Source of the DNA: Pseudomonadota bacterium
Lineage (GTDB): Bacteria > Pseudomonadota > Alphaproteobacteria > Rhodobacterales > Rhodobacteraceae
Reading direction: 5' to 3'
Assembly: GCA_039196345.1 (NCBI GenBank)
Contig: JBCCUU010000015.1
Span: 482 to 64,481 of the forward strand
DNA length: 64,000 nt
In this document: positions 38,998 to 47,810 of the stretch, piece after piece
Layout of the letters: every line of letters begins with the position of its first letter
Position numbering within the stretch: the first letter of the stretch is position 1
Notes under the pieces: generated by a model
Told to the model about the DNA's origin: nothing
Database searches by the model: none
Seen by the model: the letters and a program-made list of their open reading frames with translations, nothing else
Made by a program: the position numbers and the translations under genes

Positions 38998-39249
38998 ATG
39001 CGTAAACTCATTCTCGCCACAACCTGCACAATTCTTGCCGGACCGGCCTTTGCGAGCGACGCCGTCGATGCGGATACCGTTGCCAAGATCGAAGCCTTCC
39101 TGGCCTCCATCGAATGCCAGATGGACCCCGATGACATCGAAGTTGAAGAAGACGGTTACGATCTGGATGACGTGATCTGCAAGGGCGGCGATCAGTTTGA
39201 CATCAAGCTGGACAAAGACCTCAACGAAGTCAGCCGCCGCGCTGAATAG
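38998..39249 (+). CDS. Small acidic PepSY-like periplasmic protein
   Basis: Signal peptide (AFA cleavage); EVEEDGYDLDDVIC, FDIKLD. Confidence 0.7.
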   Translation: MRKLILATTCTILAGPAFASDAVDADTVAKIEAFLASIECQMDPDDIEVEEDGYDLDDVICKGGDQFDIKLDKDLNEVSRRAE

Positions 39250-39268
39250 GTCCTGAGAGGAGGCATTC

Positions 39269-40231
39269 ATGAGATTTCTGCTAGGGCTGCTGTTCTGGTC
39301 GCTGCTGAGTGTACCCGCACTGGCCAGCGATCTCCCCGTGGTGCGTCTGGCCGTCCTCAAGATCGGGACGGTCAATTGGGAACTCGCCACGATTGTCGAG
39401 AACGGGCTGGACGAGAAGCACGGCTTCAAGCTTGAGGTGCAGCCCTTTGCGGACAACAATGGCTCCCGCGTGGCGGTCGAGGGCGGCGCTGCCGACATGG
39501 CCGTGGCGGACTGGATCTGGGTTGCACGGCAGCGCAGTGCCGGGAAGGACTATGTGTTCTTTCCCTACTCCAAGGCGGTTGGCGGGCTTGTGGTGCCAGA
39601 GGACAGCACGGCAACCTCCGTGACGGACCTTGAAGGTGGAAAGATCGGCATCGCCGGAGGACCGTTGGACAAGTCCTGGCTCATCCTTCAGGCCTACGCG
39701 AAACAGAAACATGACATGGACCTCAAGGCGGGAACGGAGCAGGTCTACGGCGCGCCGCCGCTGATCTTCAAATCCGCCCTGGGGGATGACTATGCCGGTG
39801 CCATCAACTTCTGGCACTTCCTGGCAAAGATGAAAGCCTCGGGCATGAAAGAACTGGTTTCCGTGGCAGCGGCGACCGAAGCGCTGGGTCTTGATCCCGA
39901 TACCCCGCTTCTGGGGTATTTCGGCAAGGAGAGTTTCTTTCAGGATCACCCCGGGCTGGCGCAGGCCTTTTACAACGCAAGCCGCGACGCCAAGGATCTG
40001 CTGGCCGGATCGGATGCGGCATGGGAGGCCATCCGTCCCCGCATGAATGCCAAGACCGATGCGCAGTTCGACCAGCTCAAAAACGACTGGATTGCAGGCA
40101 TCCCGGCGCGCGGACCCGTCGATGAAGCCGATGCCGGTGCGATGCTGGCGCTTATGGCAGAGCTGGGCGGCGCCGATCTTGTCGGCGACGCTACGACGGT
40201 TCCGGCGGGCCTCTTTGTCCCGGTTGAGTAG
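39269..40231 (+). CDS. NitT/TauT-type ABC substrate-binding protein
   Basis: GTVNWEL, DWIWVARQR, GGPLDKSW. Confidence 0.85.
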   Translation: MRFLLGLLFWSLLSVPALASDLPVVRLAVLKIGTVNWELATIVENGLDEKHGFKLEVQPFADNNGSRVAVEGGAADMAVADWIWVARQRSAGKDYVFFPYSKAVGGLVVPEDSTATSVTDLEGGKIGIAGGPLDKSWLILQAYAKQKHDMDLKAGTEQVYGAPPLIFKSALGDDYAGAINFWHFLAKMKASGMKELVSVAAATEALGLDPDTPLLGYFGKESFFQDHPGLAQAFYNASRDAKDLLAGSDAAWEAIRPRMNAKTDAQFDQLKNDWIAGIPARGPVDEADAGAMLALMAELGGADLVGDATTVPAGLFVPVE

Positions 40232-40243
40232 TGCAGGCGGCTG

Positions 40244-40993
40244 ATGACCGCACAACGCATCACGCCAATCCTCTCTATTGGCGCTCTGCTCGCGCTGTGG
40301 CTGATCCTGTCCTATCTGACCGATGACCCGCAGGTTCTGCCGTCTCCCTTTGCGCTTGTGCCGCTCTTTGCGGGCGAGCTTGCCTCGGGCGAGTTGCTGC
40401 ACCACCTTGGCGCGACGCTCTACCGGGTGCTTTGGGCCTTTGCGCTGGCCATGTCGTTCGGCACGCTCATCGGATTTGTCATGGGCCGGCATGAGGCGAT
40501 CAACCGCTGGCTGGATCCATGGCTGGTTGTCTTTCTGAACCTGCCCGCGCTTGTGCTCATCGTGCTCTGCTACCTGTGGATCGGTCTGACCGAAACAGCC
40601 GCCATCGTCGCGGTGATGCTCAACAAGATCCCGAACGTGGCGCTTGTGATCCGCGAAGGCGCGCGGGCGCTCGATACAAACCTTGAGGCAATGGCGCGGG
40701 CCTACGCCGTGGGCAGGTGGGCGCGGCTGCGTCATGTCCTGCTGCCCCAGCTTGCCCCGTTCATCGCCGCGGCCTCGCGTGGGGGGCTTGCGGTGATCTG
40801 GAAAATCGTGCTGGTGGTAGAATTTCTCGGGCGCTCCTCCGGGATCGGGTTTCAGATTCACCTTTATTTCCAGCTTTTCGATGTGGCCATGGTGCTCGTC
40901 TACGCATTTTCCTTCATTCTGGTCATGCTGGCGGTGGAATGGGCGATCCTGCAACCCTGGGAGCGGCGCGTGTCGCGCTGGCGCAGGGCATGA
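40244..40993 (+). CDS. NitT/TauT-type ABC permease
   Basis: LNLPALV, REGARALD, IWKIVLVVEFLGRSSGIG. Confidence 0.9.
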   Translation: MTAQRITPILSIGALLALWLILSYLTDDPQVLPSPFALVPLFAGELASGELLHHLGATLYRVLWAFALAMSFGTLIGFVMGRHEAINRWLDPWLVVFLNLPALVLIVLCYLWIGLTETAAIVAVMLNKIPNVALVIREGARALDTNLEAMARAYAVGRWARLRHVLLPQLAPFIAAASRGGLAVIWKIVLVVEFLGRSSGIGFQIHLYFQLFDVAMVLVYAFSFILVMLAVEWAILQPWERRVSRWRRA

Positions 40994-41616
40994 TCCGGGT
41001 CGCGATCAAGGGCAAGAACTTCGGCGCCACCCCGATCCTGGGGCGGATCGAGTTCGAGATCGCGAAGGGTGAAACCGTGGCCCTTGTGGGGCCGTCCGGG
41101 ATTGGGAAAAGCACGCTGCTGCGACTGGTGGCCGGGATCGACACCGGATTTGACGGGTCCGTTGAACGGCCCGACGCACTGGCCATGGTGTTTCAGGAAC
41201 CCACGCTTTTGCCGTGGCGAACGGCGCTCGACAACCTGCGGATCGTTCACCCGGATCTAAGCGATACGGCCGCGTTCGCCGCCATGGAAAAGGTCGGCCT
41301 TTCGGGAAAAGAACAGGAGTTTCCGGGGCAACTCTCTCTTGGTCAACAGCGCCGGTTGTCGCTCGCGCGGGCGTTTGTCGGCAAGCCTGACCTTTTGATT
41401 ATGGACGAGCCTTTCGTGTCGCTTGATCCGGATACCGCTGAAACCATGATGCGCCTGACCGAAACGCTGATTTCCGGGCAAAAACCGGCCACGTTGTTTG
41501 TCACCCATGCCATGTCAGAAGCACAAAGACTGGCGCAGCGGGTCCTCTCCCTGCGCGCCTCTGCAGAAGGCGCGATTCTGGAGACGCAATCAACTTACCG
41601 TCATCAGGATGCATAG
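40990..41616 (+). CDS. NitT/TauT-type ABC ATP-binding protein
   Basis: GPSGIGKST, FQEPTLLPW, LSLGQQRR, MDEPF. ATG overlaps the permease stop. Confidence 0.9.
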   Translation: MIRVAIKGKNFGATPILGRIEFEIAKGETVALVGPSGIGKSTLLRLVAGIDTGFDGSVERPDALAMVFQEPTLLPWRTALDNLRIVHPDLSDTAAFAAMEKVGLSGKEQEFPGQLSLGQQRRLSLARAFVGKPDLLIMDEPFVSLDPDTAETMMRLTETLISGQKPATLFVTHAMSEAQRLAQRVLSLRASAEGAILETQSTYRHQDA

Positions 41617-41694
41617 GAGATGCGTGCATTGCGGGAATTTGGTTAATTCATGGGCAATTGTGCTAAACTGCCGCCAGCCGCTGCGGAGGATGAG

Positions 41695-42117
41695 GTGAAA
41701 CTGACGCGACGCAAATCCCTGATGATCGGGTCCGGTGCCTTGCTGGCACAGGGGCTCACAGGTGCGTCCGCGGCCAGTGCTCTGTTTGACGCGGAAATCG
41801 ACGCTATCACCGGTGGTGCTGAGGTGCCCGCGTCCGGTGTCACCCTGATCCTGCCGGAGGTCGCAGAAGACGGGTTCACGGTGCCTGTCGAAATAGACGC
41901 CCCCGGCGCAGTGGCGATCACCTTGCTGGCAGAGGACAACCCGGCACCTCGGGTGGCGCAGTTTCGTTTCGGCCCGCTGAGTGCCACGCGACAGGTCAGA
42001 ACACGGATCAGGCTCGCGCGTTCTCAAAGGGTTGTGGCGCTTGCCGAAATGGCGGACGGCTCCTTGCAAAAAGCCGAAGTTCATGTGGACGTCACCGTCG
42101 GCGGATGTGGAGCGTAA
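41695..42117 (+). CDS. soxY: Thiosulfate oxidation carrier protein SoxY-like
   Basis: Tat-type LTRRKSL leader, PEVAEDGFTVPV, AEDNPAP, TRIRLA, C-terminal VTVGGCGA with the carrier Cys. Confidence 0.85.
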   Translation: MKLTRRKSLMIGSGALLAQGLTGASAASALFDAEIDAITGGAEVPASGVTLILPEVAEDGFTVPVEIDAPGAVAITLLAEDNPAPRVAQFRFGPLSATRQVRTRIRLARSQRVVALAEMADGSLQKAEVHVDVTVGGCGA

Positions 42118-42121
42118 AGTC

Positions 42122-42451
42122 ATGGCAACAGGTGTAAAAACACGGGTCAAACTCCCCAAGACCGTCAAACCGGGCGAGGTCGTGACCGTAAAGACGCTGA
42201 TTACGCACAAGATGGAAAGCGGGCATCGCCGGGGTGACACGGGCGATTTGATCCCGCGCTCGATCATCAATCGCTTCACGGCGGATTTCAACGGGCAGAA
42301 CATCATCGACATCGCGATGGAACCGTCGATTTCCACCAATCCGTTCTTCCAGTTCGACGCGGTGGTGCCGGAGGCAGGACGGTTCGACTTTGCGTGGTAC
42401 GACGAGGATGGGTCGGTCTACACCGACAGCAAGGAGATTGCGATTGCCTGA
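42122..42451 (+). CDS. soxZ: Thiosulfate oxidation carrier complex protein SoxZ-like
   Basis: VKTLITHKMESGHR, IPRSII, SISTNPFFQF, WYDEDG. Confidence 0.88.
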   Translation: MATGVKTRVKLPKTVKPGEVVTVKTLITHKMESGHRRGDTGDLIPRSIINRFTADFNGQNIIDIAMEPSISTNPFFQFDAVVPEAGRFDFAWYDEDGSVYTDSKEIAIA

Positions 42452-42498
42452 TCCACGATCATCACAGGGTGCGGGGTGAGTTTCCGCCCCGTGAGAGG

Positions 42499-42858
42499 AT
42501 GGTGAGGGTGAGCGCCCGGGGCCCATCAAAACCTGCGCTTGTCGCTTCTGTCTGGGCAATGACCGCGTGGCCCGTATTCGCGGCGGAGGACACTGCCGGC
42601 CCGATAGGGAGCGACGTGGAATACGGTGCCTACCTCAGCCAGGAATGCAAGACCTGCCACAGGCTGGACGGCGAGGGTCAGGGCATCCCGTCCTTTCTGA
42701 ACCTCTCCGCGCCGGATTTCGTCATTGCCATGAACGCCTTCAAGACCAGGCAACGACAAAACCAGACCATGCAGATGATTGCGGGCCGGCTCTCGGATGA
42801 AGACATTGCCGCTCTGGCCGCCTATTTTACCCAGCAAGTACATTTCAGCGACCGATAG
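42499..42858 (+). CDS. Monoheme c-type cytochrome
   Basis: GAYLSQECKTCH heme motif; MQMIA axial Met region. Start uncertain. Confidence 0.8.
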   Translation: MVRVSARGPSKPALVASVWAMTAWPVFAAEDTAGPIGSDVEYGAYLSQECKTCHRLDGEGQGIPSFLNLSAPDFVIAMNAFKTRQRQNQTMQMIAGRLSDEDIAALAAYFTQQVHFSDR

Positions 42859-42871
42859 GGGAAAGAAAAAG

Positions 42872-44137
42872 ATGACATTCGACAGACGCAGTTTTCTGAG
42901 ATCCGTTGCAACCGCATCCACCGCCCTCGCAGCGCCATCGGTCTTTGCTGATGGGGCGGCAAAGCCGCGCGCCCTCGTGATCGGAGGCGGGGCGGGCGGT
43001 GCGACAGCGGCCCGCTACATCGCCAAGGACAGCGAAGGGGCGGTTGATGTCACGCTGATTGAGCCCACCCGCACCTACTACACCTGTTTTTTCTCGAACC
43101 TCTACATCGGCGGTTTCAAGACGCTGGATGACATCGGCCATTCCTACGGCAGGCTCGCGGCGTCCGGGGTCAATGTCATCCATGACTGGGCCGTCAGTGT
43201 CGACCGGGACGCCAGAACGGTCACCCTGGCCGGGGGGGCGGCGCTGCCCTATGACAAGCTGGTCCTGAGCCCAGGCATTGATTTTGTCGAAGGCTCGGTG
43301 CCCGGTTGGGACCTTGCCGCGCAAAATGCGATGCCGCATGCCTACAAGGCCGGGTCGCAGACGGAGCTTCTCCGGGCGCAACTCAGGGCCATGCCGCAGG
43401 GGGGAACCTATGCCATGGTCGCGCCCCCCAACCCCTATCGGTGCCCTCCCGGGCCATACGAGCGGGTGTCGATGGCGGCGCACTTCCTCAAGCAGCACAA
43501 CCCCACGGCCAAAATCGTGATCGCGGACCCCAAACCGAAATTCTCCAAAATGTCCTTGTTCGAAGAAGGCTGGGCCGACCACTATCCGGGCATGATCGAC
43601 TGGATTGGCGAGGACTTTGGCGGCGGGGAGGTCAGCGTGAGCCCATCGGAGATGACACTGACCATTGACGGAGAGACAATGGACGTCGATGTCTGCAATG
43701 TGATCCCGGCAATGAAGGCCGGGCGCATTGCCGAGATCGCAGGCGTGACCGAGGGCAACTGGGCGCCCGTCAACGCAGCGGATATGTCCAGCAAGGCGGA
43801 TCCGGACATCCATGTGCTTGGCGATGCCTCGCAGCAGGGCGACATGCCCAAATCCGCCTTCTCCGCCAACAGTCAGGCCAAGGTATGCGCCAATGCCATT
43901 CGGGGCGCGCTGACCGGATCAAGGGTCTATCCCGCTCGGTATTCCAACACCTGCTGGTCCCTCATTGCCAAGAATGACGGCGTCAAAGTCGGCGCGACCT
44001 ATGAGGCGACCCCTGAAAAGATCGCCAAGGTGGACGGCTTCGTTTCGCAGGTCGGAGAGGCGGCCGATGTCAGGCAGGCGACCTATGAGGAATCGGAAGG
44101 CTGGTACGCCGGTATCGCATCCGACATGCTGGGCTAG
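42872..44137 (+). CDS. soxF: Flavocytochrome c sulfide dehydrogenase flavoprotein (SoxF/FccB-like)
   Basis: Tat leader DRRSFL, VIGGGAGG, PYRCPPGPYER, SANSQAKVCA, NTCWSL. Confidence 0.9.
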   Translation: MTFDRRSFLRSVATASTALAAPSVFADGAAKPRALVIGGGAGGATAARYIAKDSEGAVDVTLIEPTRTYYTCFFSNLYIGGFKTLDDIGHSYGRLAASGVNVIHDWAVSVDRDARTVTLAGGAALPYDKLVLSPGIDFVEGSVPGWDLAAQNAMPHAYKAGSQTELLRAQLRAMPQGGTYAMVAPPNPYRCPPGPYERVSMAAHFLKQHNPTAKIVIADPKPKFSKMSLFEEGWADHYPGMIDWIGEDFGGGEVSVSPSEMTLTIDGETMDVDVCNVIPAMKAGRIAEIAGVTEGNWAPVNAADMSSKADPDIHVLGDASQQGDMPKSAFSANSQAKVCANAIRGALTGSRVYPARYSNTCWSLIAKNDGVKVGATYEATPEKIAKVDGFVSQVGEAADVRQATYEESEGWYAGIASDMLG

Positions 44138-44273
44138 GCCTTGCAAAGGGGAATGAAGAGCGGAGCGCCGGGAGACCTACGCAAATTGAACGGGAACGCG
44201 GGCCACACGGCAGGGTTGTCGTTTTTCCCCGGCAATCAAACCGCAGATGACCTGGCCGTGGCAGGGTGCGCCG

Positions 44274-44450
44274 GACGGATCCCCGGTCGATGGCGCGGTT
44301 CAGGTAAATACTGAATTCTCCTAAACGCAGGAGCCGCCAGCGGTCGTAGCGCTTGAGGACGGGGCCTACGTGGTCAGCTGGACGGCAATGACCTCCGGCA
44401 GTGCAGGGGGTGGCAACGGCGACGGCCTTGTCTTTCAGATATTCCCGTTC
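44274..44450 (+). pseudogene. Relic of one repeat unit from a large repetitive surface/RTX-type protein
   Basis: DGSPVDGAVQVNTEFS*TQEPPAVVALEDGAYVVSWTAMTSGSAGGGNGDGLVFQIF, with an in-frame TAA at 44322-44324. Confidence 0.55.
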
Positions 44451-44711
44451 GAATCGCCGGTCGTTTCTCCAGGTGCCCTTCATGCATTTGAGGAAGGCGG
44501 ACCGGCCGGTCCTGATCTTGCCGCAATCGGCGATGATCCGGACGCTGACGATCGAAGCCGAGGTTTCGCGTGGTGCAACGGTGCAGAATGACGTGATGGT
44601 CACGGGCATTGACAACATCTTGTCGGCACCGACCCAGTCAGCCCCGGGCCACCCCGCATTGCGCGGAGGCAAGGGCTGGTGCCGTCGACACCGGCGGGCC
44701 TGCACCGCTGG

Positions 44712-45989
44712 TTAATTTGGCAAAAGCAGGGTTTCCAGCGCGGCACCCATCACCTGCGCGCTGTGGATCATGTCACCGACGCCCACATATTCATCCGGCT
44801 TATGGGCAAGTTCCAGAATGCCGGGCCCGTAGGCAATGCAGTTCCTGAGCTTGCCGATCCGGTCGATGTGTTTCTGGTCGTAGGTGCCGGGGGAGGCAAC
44901 ATACTCCGGTGGTTTGCCGATCACCTTCTCAATAGCCTGTGCGACGGTGCGCACCACGGGTGCGTCCCGGTCTGTCATCGAGGGCAGGACGGAGTTGATC
45001 TCTGTCAGCGTGTATTCAAAATCCGGCCGCGTTTCCTTCAGCGTCTCCAGCAGATCGGTGACTTCGGCGCGCACATCCTCCAGGGATTCCTCGATCAGGA
45101 AGCGCCGGTCGATCACGATCCGGCAGCTATCTGGCACGCAATGCGCGGGCAGGCTGGTGTCGTCGGCGTCCTGATCGGGCTGGCCTCCGTGGATGGAATT
45201 GATGTTCATGGTGGACTGGCGCGCGCCATCCGGCACAACCGGCATGTCGGTCTGGCGGGATGCCATGGCCGGGAAAAGCCTGTCCTCGAACGAGGCCAGC
45301 ACGGCGCTCATATGCCGCACGGCACAGTCGCCCAGAAACGGCATGGCGCCATGGGCAATCTCACCGTGGGTTTCAATCTCCGCCCACCAGCCGCCGCGAT
45401 GTCCAAGGCAGATGCGGTCCTTGTTCAGGGGCTCGGGGATGATGACGTGCTGCACGCGCGCAGGATCAAAGAACCCCCGCTCCGCGAGATAGGCAACGCC
45501 ACCGTAGCCGCCGCTTTCCTCATCCGCCGTGCCCGAGATTTCGATGGCACCCGCGAATGCAGGATGCGTGTCGAGAAAGGCCTCGCAAGCGATGATGGAG
45601 GCGGCAAGCCCGCCCTTCATGTCGCAGGCACCCCGCCCGTAGACCTTGCCGTCAATCAAGGCGCCGCCGAAGGGGTCCTGGGTCCAGCCCTGTCCCACCT
45701 CGACCACGTCGATGTGGCTGTTGAAATGCACACAGTCGCCCGCGTCGCGCCCCTCGCGCCGGGCGATCACGTTCCAACGGGGATACGGGTCGCTATCCCC
45801 TGGGGTCCCTTCGGCGCGGATGAACTCGATGCTGAACCCGCGCGGGCGCAGCCGATCTGCGAGAAAGTCGCAAATGGTGCGATACTCCGCGCCCGGCGGA
45901 TTGAGCGTCGGAATTCGGATCAGCGCCTGTGTCAGGGCGACAAGGTCGTCGCGGCGCGCGGCGATGGTCTCCGAAAGCAGATCTGTCAT
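44712..45989 (-). CDS. M20 family amidohydrolase (ArgE/DapE-like)
   Basis: FNSHIDVV, GRGACDMKGG, ADEESGG, PGTYDQKH, AHKPDE. Confidence 0.9.
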   Translation of the reverse strand: MTDLLSETIAARRDDLVALTQALIRIPTLNPPGAEYRTICDFLADRLRPRGFSIEFIRAEGTPGDSDPYPRWNVIARREGRDAGDCVHFNSHIDVVEVGQGWTQDPFGGALIDGKVYGRGACDMKGGLAASIIACEAFLDTHPAFAGAIEISGTADEESGGYGGVAYLAERGFFDPARVQHVIIPEPLNKDRICLGHRGGWWAEIETHGEIAHGAMPFLGDCAVRHMSAVLASFEDRLFPAMASRQTDMPVVPDGARQSTMNINSIHGGQPDQDADDTSLPAHCVPDSCRIVIDRRFLIEESLEDVRAEVTDLLETLKETRPDFEYTLTEINSVLPSMTDRDAPVVRTVAQAIEKVIGKPPEYVASPGTYDQKHIDRIGKLRNCIAYGPGILELAHKPDEYVGVGDMIHSAQVMGAALETLLLPN

Positions 45990-46058
45990 AGGCACAGTCT
46001 TCAGGGTTGCACGGGAAATGGCAAGACGATTGAGGCCTCTGGGTTCGTTGGCAAATGG

Positions 46059-47315
46059 TCACTCCCGGGCGGCGATATCTTTCATCGCCGCAAGGAGGGA
46101 TGCAACTTCTTCCAGTGAATTATAATGGCAAAGAGACACGCGCACTGCCGCCTCAAGCCCCAGCGGTCTGAGGATATTGCCCGAGTAGTGATCGGCCTTG
46201 CGGATATGCGTGCGGATGCCCTGCGCGTTCAACTGGCTTACGATGTCGCGGGCCGGCACATGGTCCAATGCAAAACAGACGAGCCCTTCCCGCGCGGGGT
46301 TGTTTTCGCCGCCAATGATTGTCACCCCCGGCAACTCGGCAATGCCCGGGAGGTTGCCTGTCCCGTGCAGCATCGCCCCTGTCATGGCGTTTTCATGGGC
46401 GTGGATGGCAGCACCTGCCGCTTCGATTCGCGCGCGGGCGTCGGTCGTGTCACTATGCTGTCCGCCGAGCCAGCCGAAATAGCTCACGACATCGGTGAAC
46501 GTCGCATAGGCCCCGGTGTCGCGGGTGCCCATCTCCCAATTGGCGCGGGGGCCATCTATGAGTTGCTCGACCGGCAGTTCGGTCAGCCGGTCCGCAACCC
46601 ATGCGACGCCGTAGCCATGTCGCGAGAAGACCTTGTAGGGAGAAACCACATACCCATCAATATCATAGGACGCGATGTCAATATGCCCATGACTGGCGTG
46701 CTGAATACCATCGACGATGATAAATGCCTCCGGAGCCACCGCGCGGATGGCCTTGCTGATGGCGGCCACGTCATTGGCGATCCCTGTCACCGGCGAGGTA
46801 TGCAGGATCGTGGCGACACGTACATCCGCAGTCATCAGGGCTGCATAGGCCTCGGGCGAGACGGAACCGGTCGCGTCATCATGCGGGACGGAGATATAGG
46901 CCTTGCCTGACATCCGGGCCCAATGGGTCGCGGCAGAGCGGGAGGCGGGGTGTTCCACGGTTGATCCGATCACCGCGCCGTCAGCTGTTCCCATGACGGC
47001 GGTGCGGATCAGACGGAAGAGCAGCTCCGTCCCGCTTTCTCCGACAAAAAACTGCCCCCCGTCCGGATTGAAAAAGAGGCGCATGTTGTCTTTCGACCGG
47101 GCGATCACATCGACAAGCGCATGGGCCGCTGGGTTGTCGCGCCCCTGGTTGTCGGGAATTGCCGCGAATGTGGCGGATGTTTCGACAGCCGATTTCAACG
47201 TCAGCGCACCGCCCGCATTCTCGAAAAAGACGCGCGGGCCCTGAAAGGGGCATGCGTCGACATGGGAAAAACGGCTGCGAATGTCCTGCATCAGGTCAGG
47301 GGCGAAACCGGGCAT
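46059..47315 (-). CDS. Class V PLP-dependent enzyme (cysteine desulfurase-like fold)
   Basis: FFENAGG, HTSPVTG, VDGIQH, SPYKVF (PLP Lys), GTRDTG, VRVSLCHYN. Confidence 0.85.
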   Translation of the reverse strand: MPGFAPDLMQDIRSRFSHVDACPFQGPRVFFENAGGALTLKSAVETSATFAAIPDNQGRDNPAAHALVDVIARSKDNMRLFFNPDGGQFFVGESGTELLFRLIRTAVMGTADGAVIGSTVEHPASRSAATHWARMSGKAYISVPHDDATGSVSPEAYAALMTADVRVATILHTSPVTGIANDVAAISKAIRAVAPEAFIIVDGIQHASHGHIDIASYDIDGYVVSPYKVFSRHGYGVAWVADRLTELPVEQLIDGPRANWEMGTRDTGAYATFTDVVSYFGWLGGQHSDTTDARARIEAAGAAIHAHENAMTGAMLHGTGNLPGIAELPGVTIIGGENNPAREGLVCFALDHVPARDIVSQLNAQGIRTHIRKADHYSGNILRPLGLEAAVRVSLCHYNSLEEVASLLAAMKDIAARE

Positions 47316-47551
47316 TGCTCTTCCTTTTCATGGTTTGTCCCGACTGAGTGGGACGGTTTGCCTGGTTGGTCAAGAGCCAAGTAAGGGTCCCAAGAGACGG
47401 GAGCGGAGGCTGCAAGAGCGTCGCGCCCGGCTTTGACCAAACTGGGCTAAGCCCCTGACACAGATGCCCTATTTCAGCATCCCCCGACCAAACGGCCGAA
47501 GAGCTGACCTGTGGCAGAGCACTTTCTGGTCCGAAAGAGCCAAAAAATTCG

Positions 47552-47577
47552 GGAACCGCCTAGCCACGCATTGCGTT
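47552..47577 (+). promoter_or_regulatory. EcfG-type promoter
   Basis: GGAAC-N17-CGTT upstream of the 47616 gene. Confidence 0.75.
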
Positions 47578-47615
47578 TAGATGGCACAACCAAAGCAAGA
47601 GAAGGAGTCGAGATC

Positions 47616-47807
47616 ATGGTGGAATTTGCTGGCGTTGGTGGATTCATCCTGTTGGTGCTCAACATCTGGGCAATCGTTTCAATTCTGGGATCCGGGCAGT
47701 CAACCGGCTCAAAAGTCCTGTGGACTCTGCTTGTGCTGATCCTGCCCCTGATCGGGTTTATTGTCTGGTTGCTGGCAGGCCCACGTGCCGCAAGAGCGGT
47801 GGCCTGA
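47616..47807 (+). CDS. PLDc N-terminal-domain small membrane protein
   Basis: IWAIVSIL...KVLWTLLVLILPLIGFIVWLLAGPR; RBS AAGGAG. Confidence 0.82.
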   Translation: MVEFAGVGGFILLVLNIWAIVSILGSGQSTGSKVLWTLLVLILPLIGFIVWLLAGPRAARAVA

Positions 47808-47810
47808 GGG

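Noticed and set aside
39281-40954. Long antisense ORFs (this one, and e.g. 24138-25316, 44679-46118, 51192-52712, 61126-62811)
   Set aside because: Each lies opposite a well-supported gene and lacks motifs; stop-poor shadow frames are expected in GC-rich DNA.
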